DNA of 64,000 nt from Marsupella aquatica (taxonomy: Eukaryota > Plantae > Marchantiophyta): positions 1,553,223 to 1,617,222 of the forward strand of contig OZ316892.1 of the NCBI GenBank assembly GCA_973895155.1. The letters are read 5' to 3'. The notes below the pieces were generated by a model, which did no database searches, was not told where the DNA came from, and saw only the letters and a program-made list of their open reading frames with translations. Shown one piece after another: positions 12,955 through 24,751 of the stretch (its first letter is position 1; each line of letters opens with the position of its first letter). The translations under genes and the position numbers were made by a program.

Positions 12955-15556
12955 GGTGATCCCGCGACGACAGCCCCAAAAACTGTAGCACCACGAGGAG
13001 CTCAGGCAGAAATTCTGTCATCATCAAATGTGTTCACGGATTTCGGGCCTAGCATCGCCTCCTTCCGTCCGTCAGATCCAGCTGCGACCTTCAATCTCGA
13101 CCATTCAGCCAAACAGGAGGTCCGTTGGCGGGCAAAGCCAGGGCCGCTACTGTAGGGCAGAAGTGGTGTGGCGGGAGCGAGTTTCGGCGGGCCCTGGGTG
13201 TTAGCGGAACCCTGTTGTGTTCCGGTGGGGAGTCCAAAAGTGGATTCCCAAAGGAATCCTTGCATTTTCACTGCTGGGCGCCTTGAATGGCTGTCCGGTG
13301 CGGATGCTCTTACATGGGACAATAACCAGCAATAAAAATACAGCATTCACAACAAGTGGTATATGCCATACACAACAGACAAAGTAGCATGTCTTCTTTG
13401 TTAGCAAGAGAGTGACAAGGAAGGGCGCACAACTTTTACACATCTATCCTTGAACTGGGAAAATATCACTCCATCCATCTCGGGGAGATATTCCAGTTGA
13501 TCCCAAAGCAGCTCCGATTGCCACTTGTCTTAGAGCAGGATTGGTGGAGGCAAGGGTTTGTAGCCTGTTGAAGTGTCATTGTCCATGACAAAACCTGAAT
13601 ACACCAAATTTCACCATTTTTAGACTTTTTTTTAATGAAATTGTGGACCAAAGCCTTACCTTAGGGGAGAGAAATATGAAAAAGTGAAAAATATTCACCA
13701 CTTCTCCTTTTATATGGACGTGGTGGTGTAAGGACGGTGTGGACAGAATGTTGGATTTTGGTTTCTGTGAGATCGCTTGTGGTCAAGAGAGGTTGAAGGG
13801 ATCATGTTTCTCAGAGAAATTGGGATGTCCAAGGACTTTTTTCATTTTCTGACTTTTTTACGAGGAAACCGAATAAGGTGATATTATCAAGAGCAAACAT
13901 AATTAGAGAGGCATGAATTTCAATCCTAGAGGTGCCTTAACGAAGCTCGTAACAGCCTTTTACCAACAGGGGAAGAGTTATCATAGAAACATTGTCTCCA
14001 CGCCGTCCTTAACAGGCCACGAGCCCTTCAGATAGTAAAACAAAGCGCTAAATAATGGGGAGAAGAATAGAGACTGACAGCCGAGAAAAGCAAACGAAGA
14101 AAACACACCTTGCAGCAGACACAATATCTGTCGCCGCCCTCTCCATTGTTGCTGCTTGCTGACTGATCGTGTGATCGATTCCCGAACGATGAAGGGCGCT
14201 CCCAGGTAAGATAGCTGTGCGTCTGATCGTGTAATGGAGTAGTCGAGCAAAGGAGGGCTTGCTTTGAGTCTCATCGTGCAATGTATTCCGTGGCAAAGCG
14301 AGTGCTCTTCGAGGTAAAAAAGTCTCCAATTGCTCTGTGTCAGATGATGGTTTAGAGCTTATGGGGCTTGAGTTCCAGGGACATGTGCCGGGTCACAGGG
14401 GCACGCCAAACAGAAGAACATTCCCTGTACAGTAATGAGGGCTACAGTTCCTCGCTCTTAGTGCCCACTCATGGAAACACACATCCCAATGGGTACTTTA
14501 TGGGGGTTTGCACCTCTCAGTGCACACTCGTAGGAAGACACATCCGGTGGGCCACTCAAGGGAATTGCACTAACTCCGTCATTGGGCAGTCTCTGGACTG
14601 GCAACTCGAATTGTGTATCCTTGCCCGAAATTCGCTGTCATTCTCCATAAGTGCATTTGATAGTCTACTCAATGGGCATGCATTTATCAAAAACTGCAAT
14701 TGGATGGAATTGCGGGCTTAGAAATAAGTGTACGCATACGCTTATTGAAGGGTTTAACTTACAAAGTTCCTGCAAAACATTTTCAGACTTGTTTGAACTT
14801 GTGAAACACACCGTTTAAAATATTGGTGAAAAGCAGGATGCCTTGCAGTTTAACCAGGTTTTGTAGTTATGGAGTTTGCGCGTACAGAGAGCTGACTGAA
14901 TTTGCATGTGTCATTTTGGAGAAAAGCATGAGGTCATCCACTGCCAGTAGAAGTTTAAAAGTTGTTCTGCAATAACAAAAAAGACTCACATCTTGCTCAA
15001 GATTCTTGGAATTTTAAGACTAACCTCTTAGTTTACAGACTGACGGAAGAAGACCCTTAGGTCCACTTTACATCAGCTCTCCCTCAACCCCAACAATTTT
15101 TCCAAGACTTTAATCTGACGTTTAATTTTACTTAAGCCATTGGACAAATACATGGCCAACCCAAGTGTTAGTTTCCAGCCTACAACTTTGGAAGATTCAT
15201 TAGTATTTATCTCACGGGTTGGGCAGAAATATGATGAACAAACAAGTGAGACACTTATGATCGAGAAACACGAGTGGTTACTCATCTGTATAACACCATC
15301 AAAGATGAGATAGAAGCACCAGCACCAAAAAATTGAAAATAATTGAGACACTTTTATGTAAGGATCTGAAACCAAAATGGTCATATTGTACCCTTACTTT
15401 TGTACACAAACAATTTCAATTCCACCGGGTTGCTTTCTATACTGCTGACTATGACTATTTTTGTGGACAGGTTCAAGTTATACTCTCTGTTTCATTCACT
15501 CTCAAGACCGCCAGACTTGAATTGGGAAGAGTTTCGATGCAAGGTCTGTCCTTGCC

Positions 15557-15884
15557 CTCGGGGGGGTCACTTCCACGGAAGTGACACATCACGTGCGACG
15601 AAGTATAGGCCCATTTAAATGGGTGTGGCGGAAGACTTCCAAAGTTTGGTGGAAGAACACATAGGGCATGTTTTATTGATTGGTCGACTTTAAAGAACAC
15701 ATAGGCCTATTTAATTGCAAAAAATACTTTCTATAAAGTTTTTAGGGGTTTTTTAATAAAAAATGACAAAATTTTAAGAAAGAAAGGGCTTTGCAAAAAA
15801 ATATTTTTCACTTTAAAGTTAGGGGGGTCAAACCCTAAAACGTCGCACGCGATGTATGACCCTCCATATAGTGACCCCCCCAAG
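15557..15884. mobile_element. Second MITE of the same family
   Basis: Runs CTCGGGGGGGTCACT...AGTGACCCCCCCAAG with TSD TCCTTGCC at 15549-15556 and 15885-15892. Shares the subterminal ATCAC.TGCGACG and CGTCGCA.G.GAT motifs with 6544-6842. Confidence 0.88.
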
Positions 15885-17079
15885 TCCTTGCCAGTATATC
15901 TGAATGCAACGTCAAACTGTACGTATAAATTTTGAAGTAGCTAGCTGACAGAGTTTTCAAGATTATGCGTCTCCCTGGCCTTGCTGAGATCCATCCATGC
16001 GCCCACATCAACATCAAACCGTCTTCCTAAAGTACTTCTAAGACACCATGCGTTCTATGAAATCTCATACCTCTCAGAATCAGGTTGTCTCCATTGCCAC
16101 TGCTACAATCGTTGAACTGTCATTTGCTCAAAAAGAGTTATTATCTGGGACTACAAAAACATTGCAGACTACAATTTGTCGTTTCCTCGAGAGTGTTATT
16201 TTGAATATTGGCTGCAAAGGTGGCCTACAAAGGAGCTTTTAAGGATACACACAAAAGCATGTTTGATGTTAATATATCTCCGTAAAGAGGGATACAAACG
16301 GAATGACTGCAAAGGTGGCCTACTTGGTGAACACACACTCAGGAGCTTTTAAGGATACACACGGAAGCATGTTTGATGTATTCAGTAAAGAGGGATACAA
16401 ATGGAAGCATGTTTGAAGTTATATAGGTAAAGATTGTTCAACCTTCGTCCTGGTACAGCCTTGAGACCAGAGTCTCTTCACATTGATCCAATATCTATTA
16501 TTGCTTCTAGCTGCGGGAGTAGCATTCACGCCTGAAGCTGAAAAATATATATTGGTCTATTTCTACAAATCCTGCACCACTGGCCAATGGACAGACATCA
16601 TACTATTACAAAAACTATCTGTGAACCTTGAAACTATTGTCTCTTCACATTGATCTGATGTCTATGATTGCTTCCAGCTGCGGAGTACTATTGACTCCTG
16701 CAGCCACAAGGTTATTCATCGGTCTACTTCAACAATGATTTCTGCATGAATGATGCTACTGCACAGGATTTTGATTTTTCAGTCAATTGATTTTGACATT
16801 TAGACTATTTCTATTATTTTTACAATCCTCCTAATTTTTATAATGATGTCTCCTACAGTTCACTTCAGCTTCTACAACTTTTACAATGATGTCTCCTACA
16901 TTTCACTTCAGCATCTCTGTTCGGGAGAGTTCTCACTTCGCATAAGAATTCTACACGATGAGCTCTTTAGTCAATCTATGATCAAACATGATGGGTTTTC
17001 ATCATGAATAGAGAAATGTCCCATACAGTAGTTTTAAGCTGACCTAATGTTGACATCATCGACAATTGAAAAATAATAC

Positions 17080-17460
17080 TTACTCTAGGTAGGGTGACGC
17101 GGTGTTCCACAACCGAACCAATTCAGGTCCTACGTCGGCTCCTGCGGAATGACCTTCATTGGCTTTTGTGCATGACTTCTTATTCAAGAATTGACCCCCA
17201 GTCCCTCTTGCTCTTTCGAGGGCATGTCGGTGTCTCGACTCGTGGATGTAAGCTTTCCGCTCCTTCGGGCCTTTCTCCTCGGCCTCTAATTTTGCCCGCT
17301 TTATTTTCCGGGCCTTGATTCTATCGTATTGCTGTGCATTCACATACACAGCCTTCGGATCGATTCACTATAGAACCAATTGCCTAGTCACCATTCTTCC
17401 CGTCGGCTTTACCTGAACTCCTGAAGCTTGCAAAGTTTGACCGTAGCTGCTATCAACAAC
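17080..17460 (-). pseudogene. NF-YA (CBF-B/HAP2) pseudogene, left arm
   Basis: VYVNAQQYDRIKARKIKRAKLE...RKAYIHESRHRHALERARGTGGQFLN. An in-frame TAG-TGA sits just upstream of the domain. Confidence 0.8.
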
Positions 17461-17552
17461 GTCATAGATTTAGTTGCTAGAAGCAAGCTCCGGTGCACCA
17501 AAGTTAGGGCCAAAGTTTCACCGGAGCTTGCTTCTAGCAACTAAGTAAATCT

Positions 17553-17953
17553 ATGGTATTGTTGATAGCAGCTACGGTCAAACTTTGCGAGCTTCAGGAT
17601 TTTAGGTAAAGCCGACGGAAAGAATGGTGACTAGGCAATGGGTAGGCAATGGGTTTTTTAGTCAATCGATCCGAAGGCTGTGTATGTGAATGCATAGCAG
17701 TACGATAGAATCAAGGCCCAGAGAATAAATTAAGCGGGCAAAATTAGAGGCCGAGGAGAAAGGCCCGAAGGAGCGGAAAGCTTACATCCACGAGTCGAGA
17801 CACCGACATGCCCTCGGAAGAGCAACAGGGACTAAGGGTCGATTCTTGAATAAGAAGTCATGCACAAAAGCCAATGAAGGCCACTCCGCAGGAGCCGATG
17901 TAGGACCTGAATTGGCTTGGTTGTGGAACACCGCGTCACCCTACCTAGAGTAA
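17553..17953 (+). pseudogene. NF-YA pseudogene, right arm
   Basis: Inverted copy of 17080-17460 with a TAG after VNA and a frameshifting insertion near 17730. Confidence 0.8.
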
Positions 17954-18593
17954 ATATTCTTTTTCAATTGTCGGTGATGTCAACATTAGGTCAGCTTAGA
18001 ACTACTGTAGGGGACATTTCTCTATTCATGATGAAAATCCGTCATGTTTGATCGCAAATTGACTAAAGAACTCACCGTGTAAAATTATCGTGCGAAGTGA
18101 GGATTCTCCCAAACAAAAGTTTTGTCTATCTGGCCACGGGAAGAAATCGCAGGTGATGGTGGAAAAAATCAGGAGAGAGTATGCAGATTCCTCGGTCGTT
18201 TTCAGTTGCTTGTCCGGTAGCAAGCCAGAGTCTCAAGCCGGAGTCTCGATCGGAGTAGAGATGCTGAAGTGAAATGTAGGAGACATCATTGTAAAACTTG
18301 TAGAAGCTGAAGTGAACTGTAGGAGACATCATTGTAAAAATAATAATTAGTAGTCTAAATGTCAAAATCAATTGACTGAAAACTCAAAATCTTGTGCAGT
18401 ATCATCATGCGGGAATTATTGTAGAAGTAGACCGATAAATTACCTTGCGGCTGCAGGAGTCATTTCTACAAATCCTGCACCACTGGCCAGTGGAGCTACT
18501 ATTACAAAAACTATCTACGAACCTTGAAACTCTTGTCTCTTCACTTTGATCTGATGTCTACTATTGCTTCCAGCTGCAGAGTACGATTGACTC

Positions 18594-19654
18594 CATTCGT
18601 TAATCCCATATATGGTTGGATCACTCCAGTGTTCAGACTGGCCAGAATCCATGGCCAGCGCGGGTGAAAACTCAGGCCCTTCACTCGACTACTCTTTGTC
18701 GATCTCGAACTCCGTCAGGAATAATGTTCTTCGATCGCTTACCCCGTCCACCCCGACACTACAGGGTTTGTTCCACAAGACTCCTCGCTCTGATCAGTCC
18801 AGCTCCACTCGATCGTTCTCTCCTTTCCCGTCCTCCCACACAACTCTTCGCCCGCTCACCAGCTTCCCAGATCCACCCGTCAGAGCTCAGTTACAAATCG
18901 GTCGGGTAAATTTATCGATCGAAATTTCAGAAGCTAAAGCGAAGAGCAGATCTGCAAGTCCTCCACTCCTCCGCTACCCGTCCTTGGCGTCGTCCTCTGA
19001 GCACGAGACTTCTGCTGGGTTGCAGTGTCACGCCTAGCTCTGATCTCAACCTCGACCGTCTTGTTTCCGTTACGGAGGATGACGGAGCATTATTGCCATC
19101 AACAAAGATCAGAGCACAAACCACTAGTAGCTCTCGCACCCTCCCCCAAGAAAGCAGAAGTTGAATCCGTCGAATCAGCGCCTTGGTCAGCCATTAAATG
19201 GATTTGAATGGCAGCACCCCACAGCAAAGAACGATCAAAGATCACGGAGCATCAACATTAATGCCATGCATCGGCAATATGACATGCAAACTGAGCGACA
19301 CAGAAATCCGCACAGAAATGAATGAAGAATCCGTGCATCAAAGCGAAGGGAGAAGCACATCATATAGCACCCCGAAGGCAAAAGCTGGGAAACACAGAAA
19401 CTACTTGGCACGACAAGTTTGCCAGCGGTGGAAAAAGGGCGCTGCTTAATTGAAATGCGGTCGAGCTTTGAGCTAACTGAAAGTGTCAGGTACAAGAAGG
19501 AAAGATGTGACGCTGAAACATCACAGTCCGTCCCGCCTAACTGAAAACAACTACCCAGCTAAGCTTATCCATAGCTAGTCCGTAGCTGGGAGCCAGAAGG
19601 TGGAAGAAACAGGAAGAACTGATATATTCCTGAAAGGCAACAATCAGGGCAAAA
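18594..19654 (+). repeat. Segmental duplicate X (paired with 26135-27272)
   Basis: Colinear similarity from CCATTCGTTAATCCCA through CTAACTGAAAAC.ACTACCCAGCTAAG to GAAACAGGAAGAA. Confidence 0.85.
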
Positions 19655-19904
19655 TTAAAGCAGAAGCTTCCACGCCCTCCCATTCATGCCTCAATGTGCA
19701 TTTCAACGTACAAATACTGTATACTATACATTATTTGAATTTTGTTTCAATGGTCTCTTTAGAAAAAGAGAAGTTGTATAAGTTCAGTTTTGCAGTACAT
19801 ATATATTTTTGACAAAAGTATCTTAGGGGCTCTTTTGGGGCCCCCATCACATAGCTGAACATAGTTCAGCCAATAATATGTCCTGACTTGTTTGAAAGCA
19901 GGAA

Positions 19905-21470
19905 ACAAGTAAGGCATAACGTACGTGCTTTGAATTAATTGATAAGCAATTTTTTTGACATTGTAATCAACGCAATTGGCAGTCCTGGGAAATGACCTAT
20001 CGTCATATATACGGCCTTGCTCGATTGTGCATGACCACCCCTTTTCAGGTCTAGATATTCTTCTAAAAGTATATTTAAATTATGCTCGAAAGTTTCTTAT
20101 GAACCCAGGCGGAGGCTTCCCTGGTGAATATTAGAAGAGGAGCACTGTCTTCCAAAGTTTAGGTGATAATGCTTTCAAGATTTCGCTCTCATCTTTGCAG
20201 GTCAAAATGTCCCCTTACGCTCCGGGCCAGGGACCGACTCTTCCTGGAAATGCTACATACCTTTTGCAGGTCAATTCCTTCTTAATGTTGGTCCGCAATC
20301 TTTATGTATTATTGAATGTTAATTATAGACAGGTCATCTCGCCCATGTTACTTTAATCAATAATCTTGTAATGACAGAACATGTCAGAAGCGGGAGTGGA
20401 CGGGGCTTTCATATTAATCCAGCCCATATATTGATCATAAGTTTGACCACCGAAGGGTATCCAGGTGAGCCCAATAGAAACACTATGCCCAGTCTTTCTA
20501 CATGATTGAATGCAGCTGTTTCAAGATTTCTAAACTTGCTCTCCGTTACATTTGAATATCTTAAAGGTGAGAAACTGTACATAGATGCGACTAAAATTAA
20601 GATTACTAATTAAAGATTTCATGAATTTTATGAAAGATCTTTAGCACCATTCCGACTCTAAAAGTGTGCTGCAGAAACATGACCGTGGAAATTAAGTTTA
20701 TTGGCTGCTGCCTGGCCGGTCCAACAGATGGTGGAGGTGGGTTGAGAGAGTTGGAGCACTGGATTAATTAAGAAGGTTTGTATTTTGTGCACTCCAGCAG
20801 TTTCAATCACTATACAGAAACTTTTGGGTTTTTGTGTTACCATTTGCAGCTGATTAAATAATCAATTACAGTCAATTTGAGGATTGAGGCTAGTTATGAG
20901 CATCTTCTACAACCAAGATCAAAGCTACGTTTGCACTCCATACAACATGTCTCAGCTTATCATGACTGTTGTTTAGAATAGGATGCCGTGGTAGAATACC
21001 GCCATAGTTAACATTTTCCAACCTTGTGGCTAAATTTTAATGAAAGCAAGGGACTGGAACGTACGCATAATTGCAAGTGTCGCAGACAAGCCACTATATA
21101 TATGCCTCTAAATGGTCATTGTAACATTTAGTCTCGTCAGAGACATCATAGTAGCATTCCACCTTTAAACTCTTCCCCTGTTGGTAAAGGCCGTAACAAG
21201 CTTCGTTAAGGCACCCCTGGGATTTAAATTCATGCGTCTCAAATTATGTTTCCTCGTAAGAAAATCACCGTATTGTGTTTCTATTTTTTTCTCGGGGACA
21301 ACTCGGGGACTTCAGAATACATAGAATAAGAGTTCAATTGCGGAGCCTTTCCCTGTGGACTCTCACCCGTAAGCTAGAAATCACAAAACGAAACAGGACC
21401 TTGTCCCAATCTTTTAGCATCATGATCCTTTATCGCTCTCGACCAAAGGCGGTCTCGACAATAACCAAAA
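19905..21470 (+). pseudogene. Intron-containing partial duplicate of the amidohydrolase gene at 40933-44733
   Basis: Copies of exons 3-5 with their introns (20201-20775 vs 42311-42840), joined to the downstream flank (about 20835-21470 vs 44785-45330). Contains frameshifts. Confidence 0.85.
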
Positions 21471-21878
21471 TCCAACATTCTCTCCACGCCGTCCTTAACA
21501 GGCTACGAGCACTTCCCTCTACCGGTCCCGTGCAATGATAAGTGGCGGTCGGAGCCGCTTTGGGATCAACACCAACTATCGCCCCGAGATTGCGTAGTAA
21601 CTATACAGTGACGCGATTTGAGGATAGACGAGTAAGAGTTGTGCGCCCTTCGTTGTCACCCTCTTGCTAACAGACAAGAACTTCAGTTCGTTTTATGTGC
21701 TTACTTCAGTGCAAGATTGAAATCATCTTCATCATTCAAGTATCGTTACAGCATGAAATGTCAATTCAACAGGCTGCGTCAATACATCCCCTTCCACAGC
21801 AGGAGACGCGAAACGCACACATAGCAAAGTCTTTATTCATCTATGGCTCAATTTAGTATTTTGAGAGCAATCGCTACC

Positions 21879-22110
21879 TCAAGAGATAGATTCAAGCAGC
21901 TTCTTCTGGGTGTTGTGTTGCGTCCTGAATTGCGATGATCTTCGAAAGATCTCAACCCAAAGAATGTCAAGCATGTCTATCACACTCACATGAGGTTTTT
22001 CAACTCGAACACGTCCATCCGAAATTTGGGAGTGCTGCTCCAAAACTGCTTTAGCTATGGAAGTCGCTACATACTCCAGCACAAAATGTGGAGGACCTTC
22101 CACAAGGGCC
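21879..22110 (-). pseudogene. Dihydroneopterin aldolase (FolB) C-terminal fragment
   Basis: LVEGPPHFVLEYVATSIAKAVLEQHSQISDGRVRVEKPHV...LDILWVEIFR resembles the plant FolB C-terminus. No intact N-terminus was found. Confidence 0.6.
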
Positions 22111-22816
22111 TTATTTGACTGCAATTCCCAACAAATAATAAAGTGAGGCCCTTCGTGAACACATCCATTCCTAGATACCAACGTCAACATCATCGGGCTA
22201 CGACCGGACAAAGGGAGAATAAACAAAATTATTGAGGACACGAAGATGAGTATATCGAACACTTTCCGTTCGACCAGGTTGCTTTATAAATTGCCTACTA
22301 CGACTATTTTTGTGGTTCAAATTATCCTCTCTGTTTCGTTCACTCTCCAGACCACCAACTGGAACTGGGAACAGTAGGTCGATATTGAGCTGAATCTTCT
22401 CAAGCTTCAGACCCAAATCCTCACTGATCAACTGCATCCAATATGTGAGCAAAATCCAAGCTTAGAGGTGGCAAATCCATGCAGGCACCGAAGTTAGCTA
22501 AAGTGGACATATCTGACCACCAGTAAGGATGGCAAGATCTTGCATGTTTGCCTTTCTGTTTTCTCCAAATCCCGGAGCCTTAATGGCAGCCACCCGTAGC
22601 AAGAACACATGATCATGGTCAGCAAAGACTTATATAATACTCGGGCAGAATATGAGAACCATGTAAGGAAAAGAATGGCATAGACGCCCTCCCGATAGTG
22701 TCAGGACACGTCGACCACTAAATATGTCAGTGCAATAAAAGCAGCAGCCTTACTTTGACACCAGCTCGCAACTTGTTCACGATGAGAGTTGCCAGGGCTT
22801 CATTTTCAACAAATTT

Positions 22817-24596
22817 AGCCACGATTAAAAGGGAACGTTGGTCCTGGACCATATTTAACTAATGAATAGATCTTGAAGCTTCCAACCTGAGGTCCGTTTT
22901 AAATACCCAAAAAAAATACCCAAAAAAAAGGACTGCTACCCGGAGAGAGCGGAAACTTCGGAACTCGGCAAATAATTACTCATATCATCTGGGAGCAATT
23001 TGTTCGTAACGGAGTGTGCGGAGTGCACTTAGAAAGTTCGAGTAATCTCGAAATAACTGAGAACTCATTCATCTACGCAAACGTGTGTTTCTATCACTAC
23101 GACGAAGCCAGAGGGTCTTGCTTAGGAGCTTCAAAACCATCTCTCAATGTTTTACGTTCATTCTTCTCGGTCCTCTGGTCTGAGCCCTGAACTTATTCGA
23201 TAGTCACCTCTACTACAGATAGGGCCCTAGTACGCTAGCTATAAGCTTGAAACCACACTCACTTGTTGACGAGCACTTCTCCTGCAAGGTGAAGAGGGCG
23301 ATGGAGGAGTCGGCAAACGAAGTTGGAGAATCGGATATCCTGGCTACATAATGTCTTTTCTATAGGTCTTTGAGATTCAATCGAATTGTCCATGCAAGCT
23401 ACGCAATGTACAAGTCTACCAAAGAACTCTGGGACAGCAGCATGGTAAGATCCATTTCAGCACGACCCACAGACACAACTAGCCATCCACAGATTGACCC
23501 CAATCCTCACGGCCTTCGAGAAAATGAAGTCCTACGTGAATTTTTTGAACCACGTCATTACACTGCAAAGCATCGTCATAAACTGATGTCCTCAACGCTG
23601 AAACAACTATGTGACAGGTGATCGTCCACCGTAAACTTGGAATTCAAAGGTAATGGTCCCTTTATGTTCATTATTAAACCCCGAGAGTGAAACTTTCCGA
23701 ACCCCGCACGAACACCGATCATTTCGATGGAATTCATCTTTTCGGTGAGGGCATGCAGAGGATGGAAGAAACGAGAAAGAAGCTGAGCATGTTTTCAATG
23801 GCCCAACTTGGCAGATAAAGCAAAATCACCTCCGACATCGGCAACGTCAAAATACTACGAACACTTGCGGGCTGCGAAAAGTGGCGTCACCACACCAAAT
23901 CCATCTAATTCGACTAGGAGCCATGTAATTAAATCTCCTGACATGAAAATTATCGGGCATCTCCCATTTATCGATCCCGGAACCACTAAGAAAGTAAGAT
24001 CGGAGTCGTGAGACCTCACGAGAAATAAACCCCCGGAGCTCAGTGCCTCCTCACCCCTTCACATCAGGAAGTCTGTGTTATTGCTTCTATCACCTAAGTT
24101 TATGTTATTACTTCTAGCAGCTAAGTCTGTGTTATTGTTTCTAACAGCCGAAGGTTATTTACCACTACCCTTCCTACACTATGGTAGCTACTGCTCATTA
24201 CATGCCTTGCTTGGTATTCACGAATCGCCCTCCTGTCCCTCTTGCCCTTCTCAGAGCATGCAGGAGTCTTGAAACGTGAAGATATGGCTGGCGCTTCTTC
24301 AACCCCTTTCCTGCGGCTTCCATTTTAGCTCGTCGGACTTTTCAGACCAAGATTCGAGAGTAGCGCAGGGCCGAATTTCTCCGTTGCCATACCACAGTGA
24401 GACTATGGCAGACTGTACCTGCCTCGGTACCACCTGCCTGTGTAGCGCCTGGGGTTCGAACTCCACCGAAGCACCAGGATCTGCACCGGGACTTGGCCCA
24501 CCGGCTCGTCCACGCTGTGGAGAAAGGTGCACCGGAGCTGGGCCGCCTGTGCGTCCACCACCATGCCTGCCGGCGGAGGCCAAAGCTGCACCGGAG
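22817..24596 (+). repeat. Segmental duplicate Y (paired with 27273 to about 29100)
   Basis: Near-identical from AGCCACGATTAAAAGGGAACG for over 1.2 kb, continuing into the NF-YA-like gene. Confidence 0.9.
24198..24596 (-). pseudogene. NF-YA-like pseudogene (paralog of 28619-29302)
   Basis: [51 protein letters not shown], with an in-frame TGA and deletions. Confidence 0.8.
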
Positions 24597-24751
24597 CTCG
24601 AATTTTGGTTCGAAGAGACCAAGGAACTAAAATGGAAGCGGCAGGAAAGGGGTTGAAGAAGCGCAAGCCGTATCTTCATGTTTCGAGACACCTGCATGCT
24701 CTGAGAAGGGCAAGAGTAATGAGAGGGCGGTTCATGCATACCAAGCAAGGT
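24597..24751 (+). repeat. Inverted copy of the NF-YA core domain (pairs with about 24200-24358)
   Basis: Reads [45 protein letters not shown] on the + strand. Confidence 0.8.

Larger units (their letters stand above)
2973..13309 (+). mobile_element. PIF/Harbinger (Pong-like) DNA transposon, interrupted by a copia element
   Basis: 13-bp TIRs GAGCATCCGCACC (2973) and GGTGCGGATGCTC (13297-13309). TTA TSD at 2970-2972 and 13310-13312. Contains a DDE transposase and a Myb/SANT-like ORF. Confidence 0.93.
16692..18462. repeat. Long inverted repeat (arms about 16692-17495 and 17519-18462, 23-nt loop)
   Basis: The arms read as reverse complements outward from ...GCAAGCTCCGGTG / CACCGGAGCTTGC.... The right arm has about 140 extra bp near 18115-18255. 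Confidence 0.9.

Noticed and set aside
18612-19449. ORFs of 80-150 aa in duplicate X (also 26000-27200)
   Set aside because: No recognisable domains, and indels between the two copies do not preserve frame.
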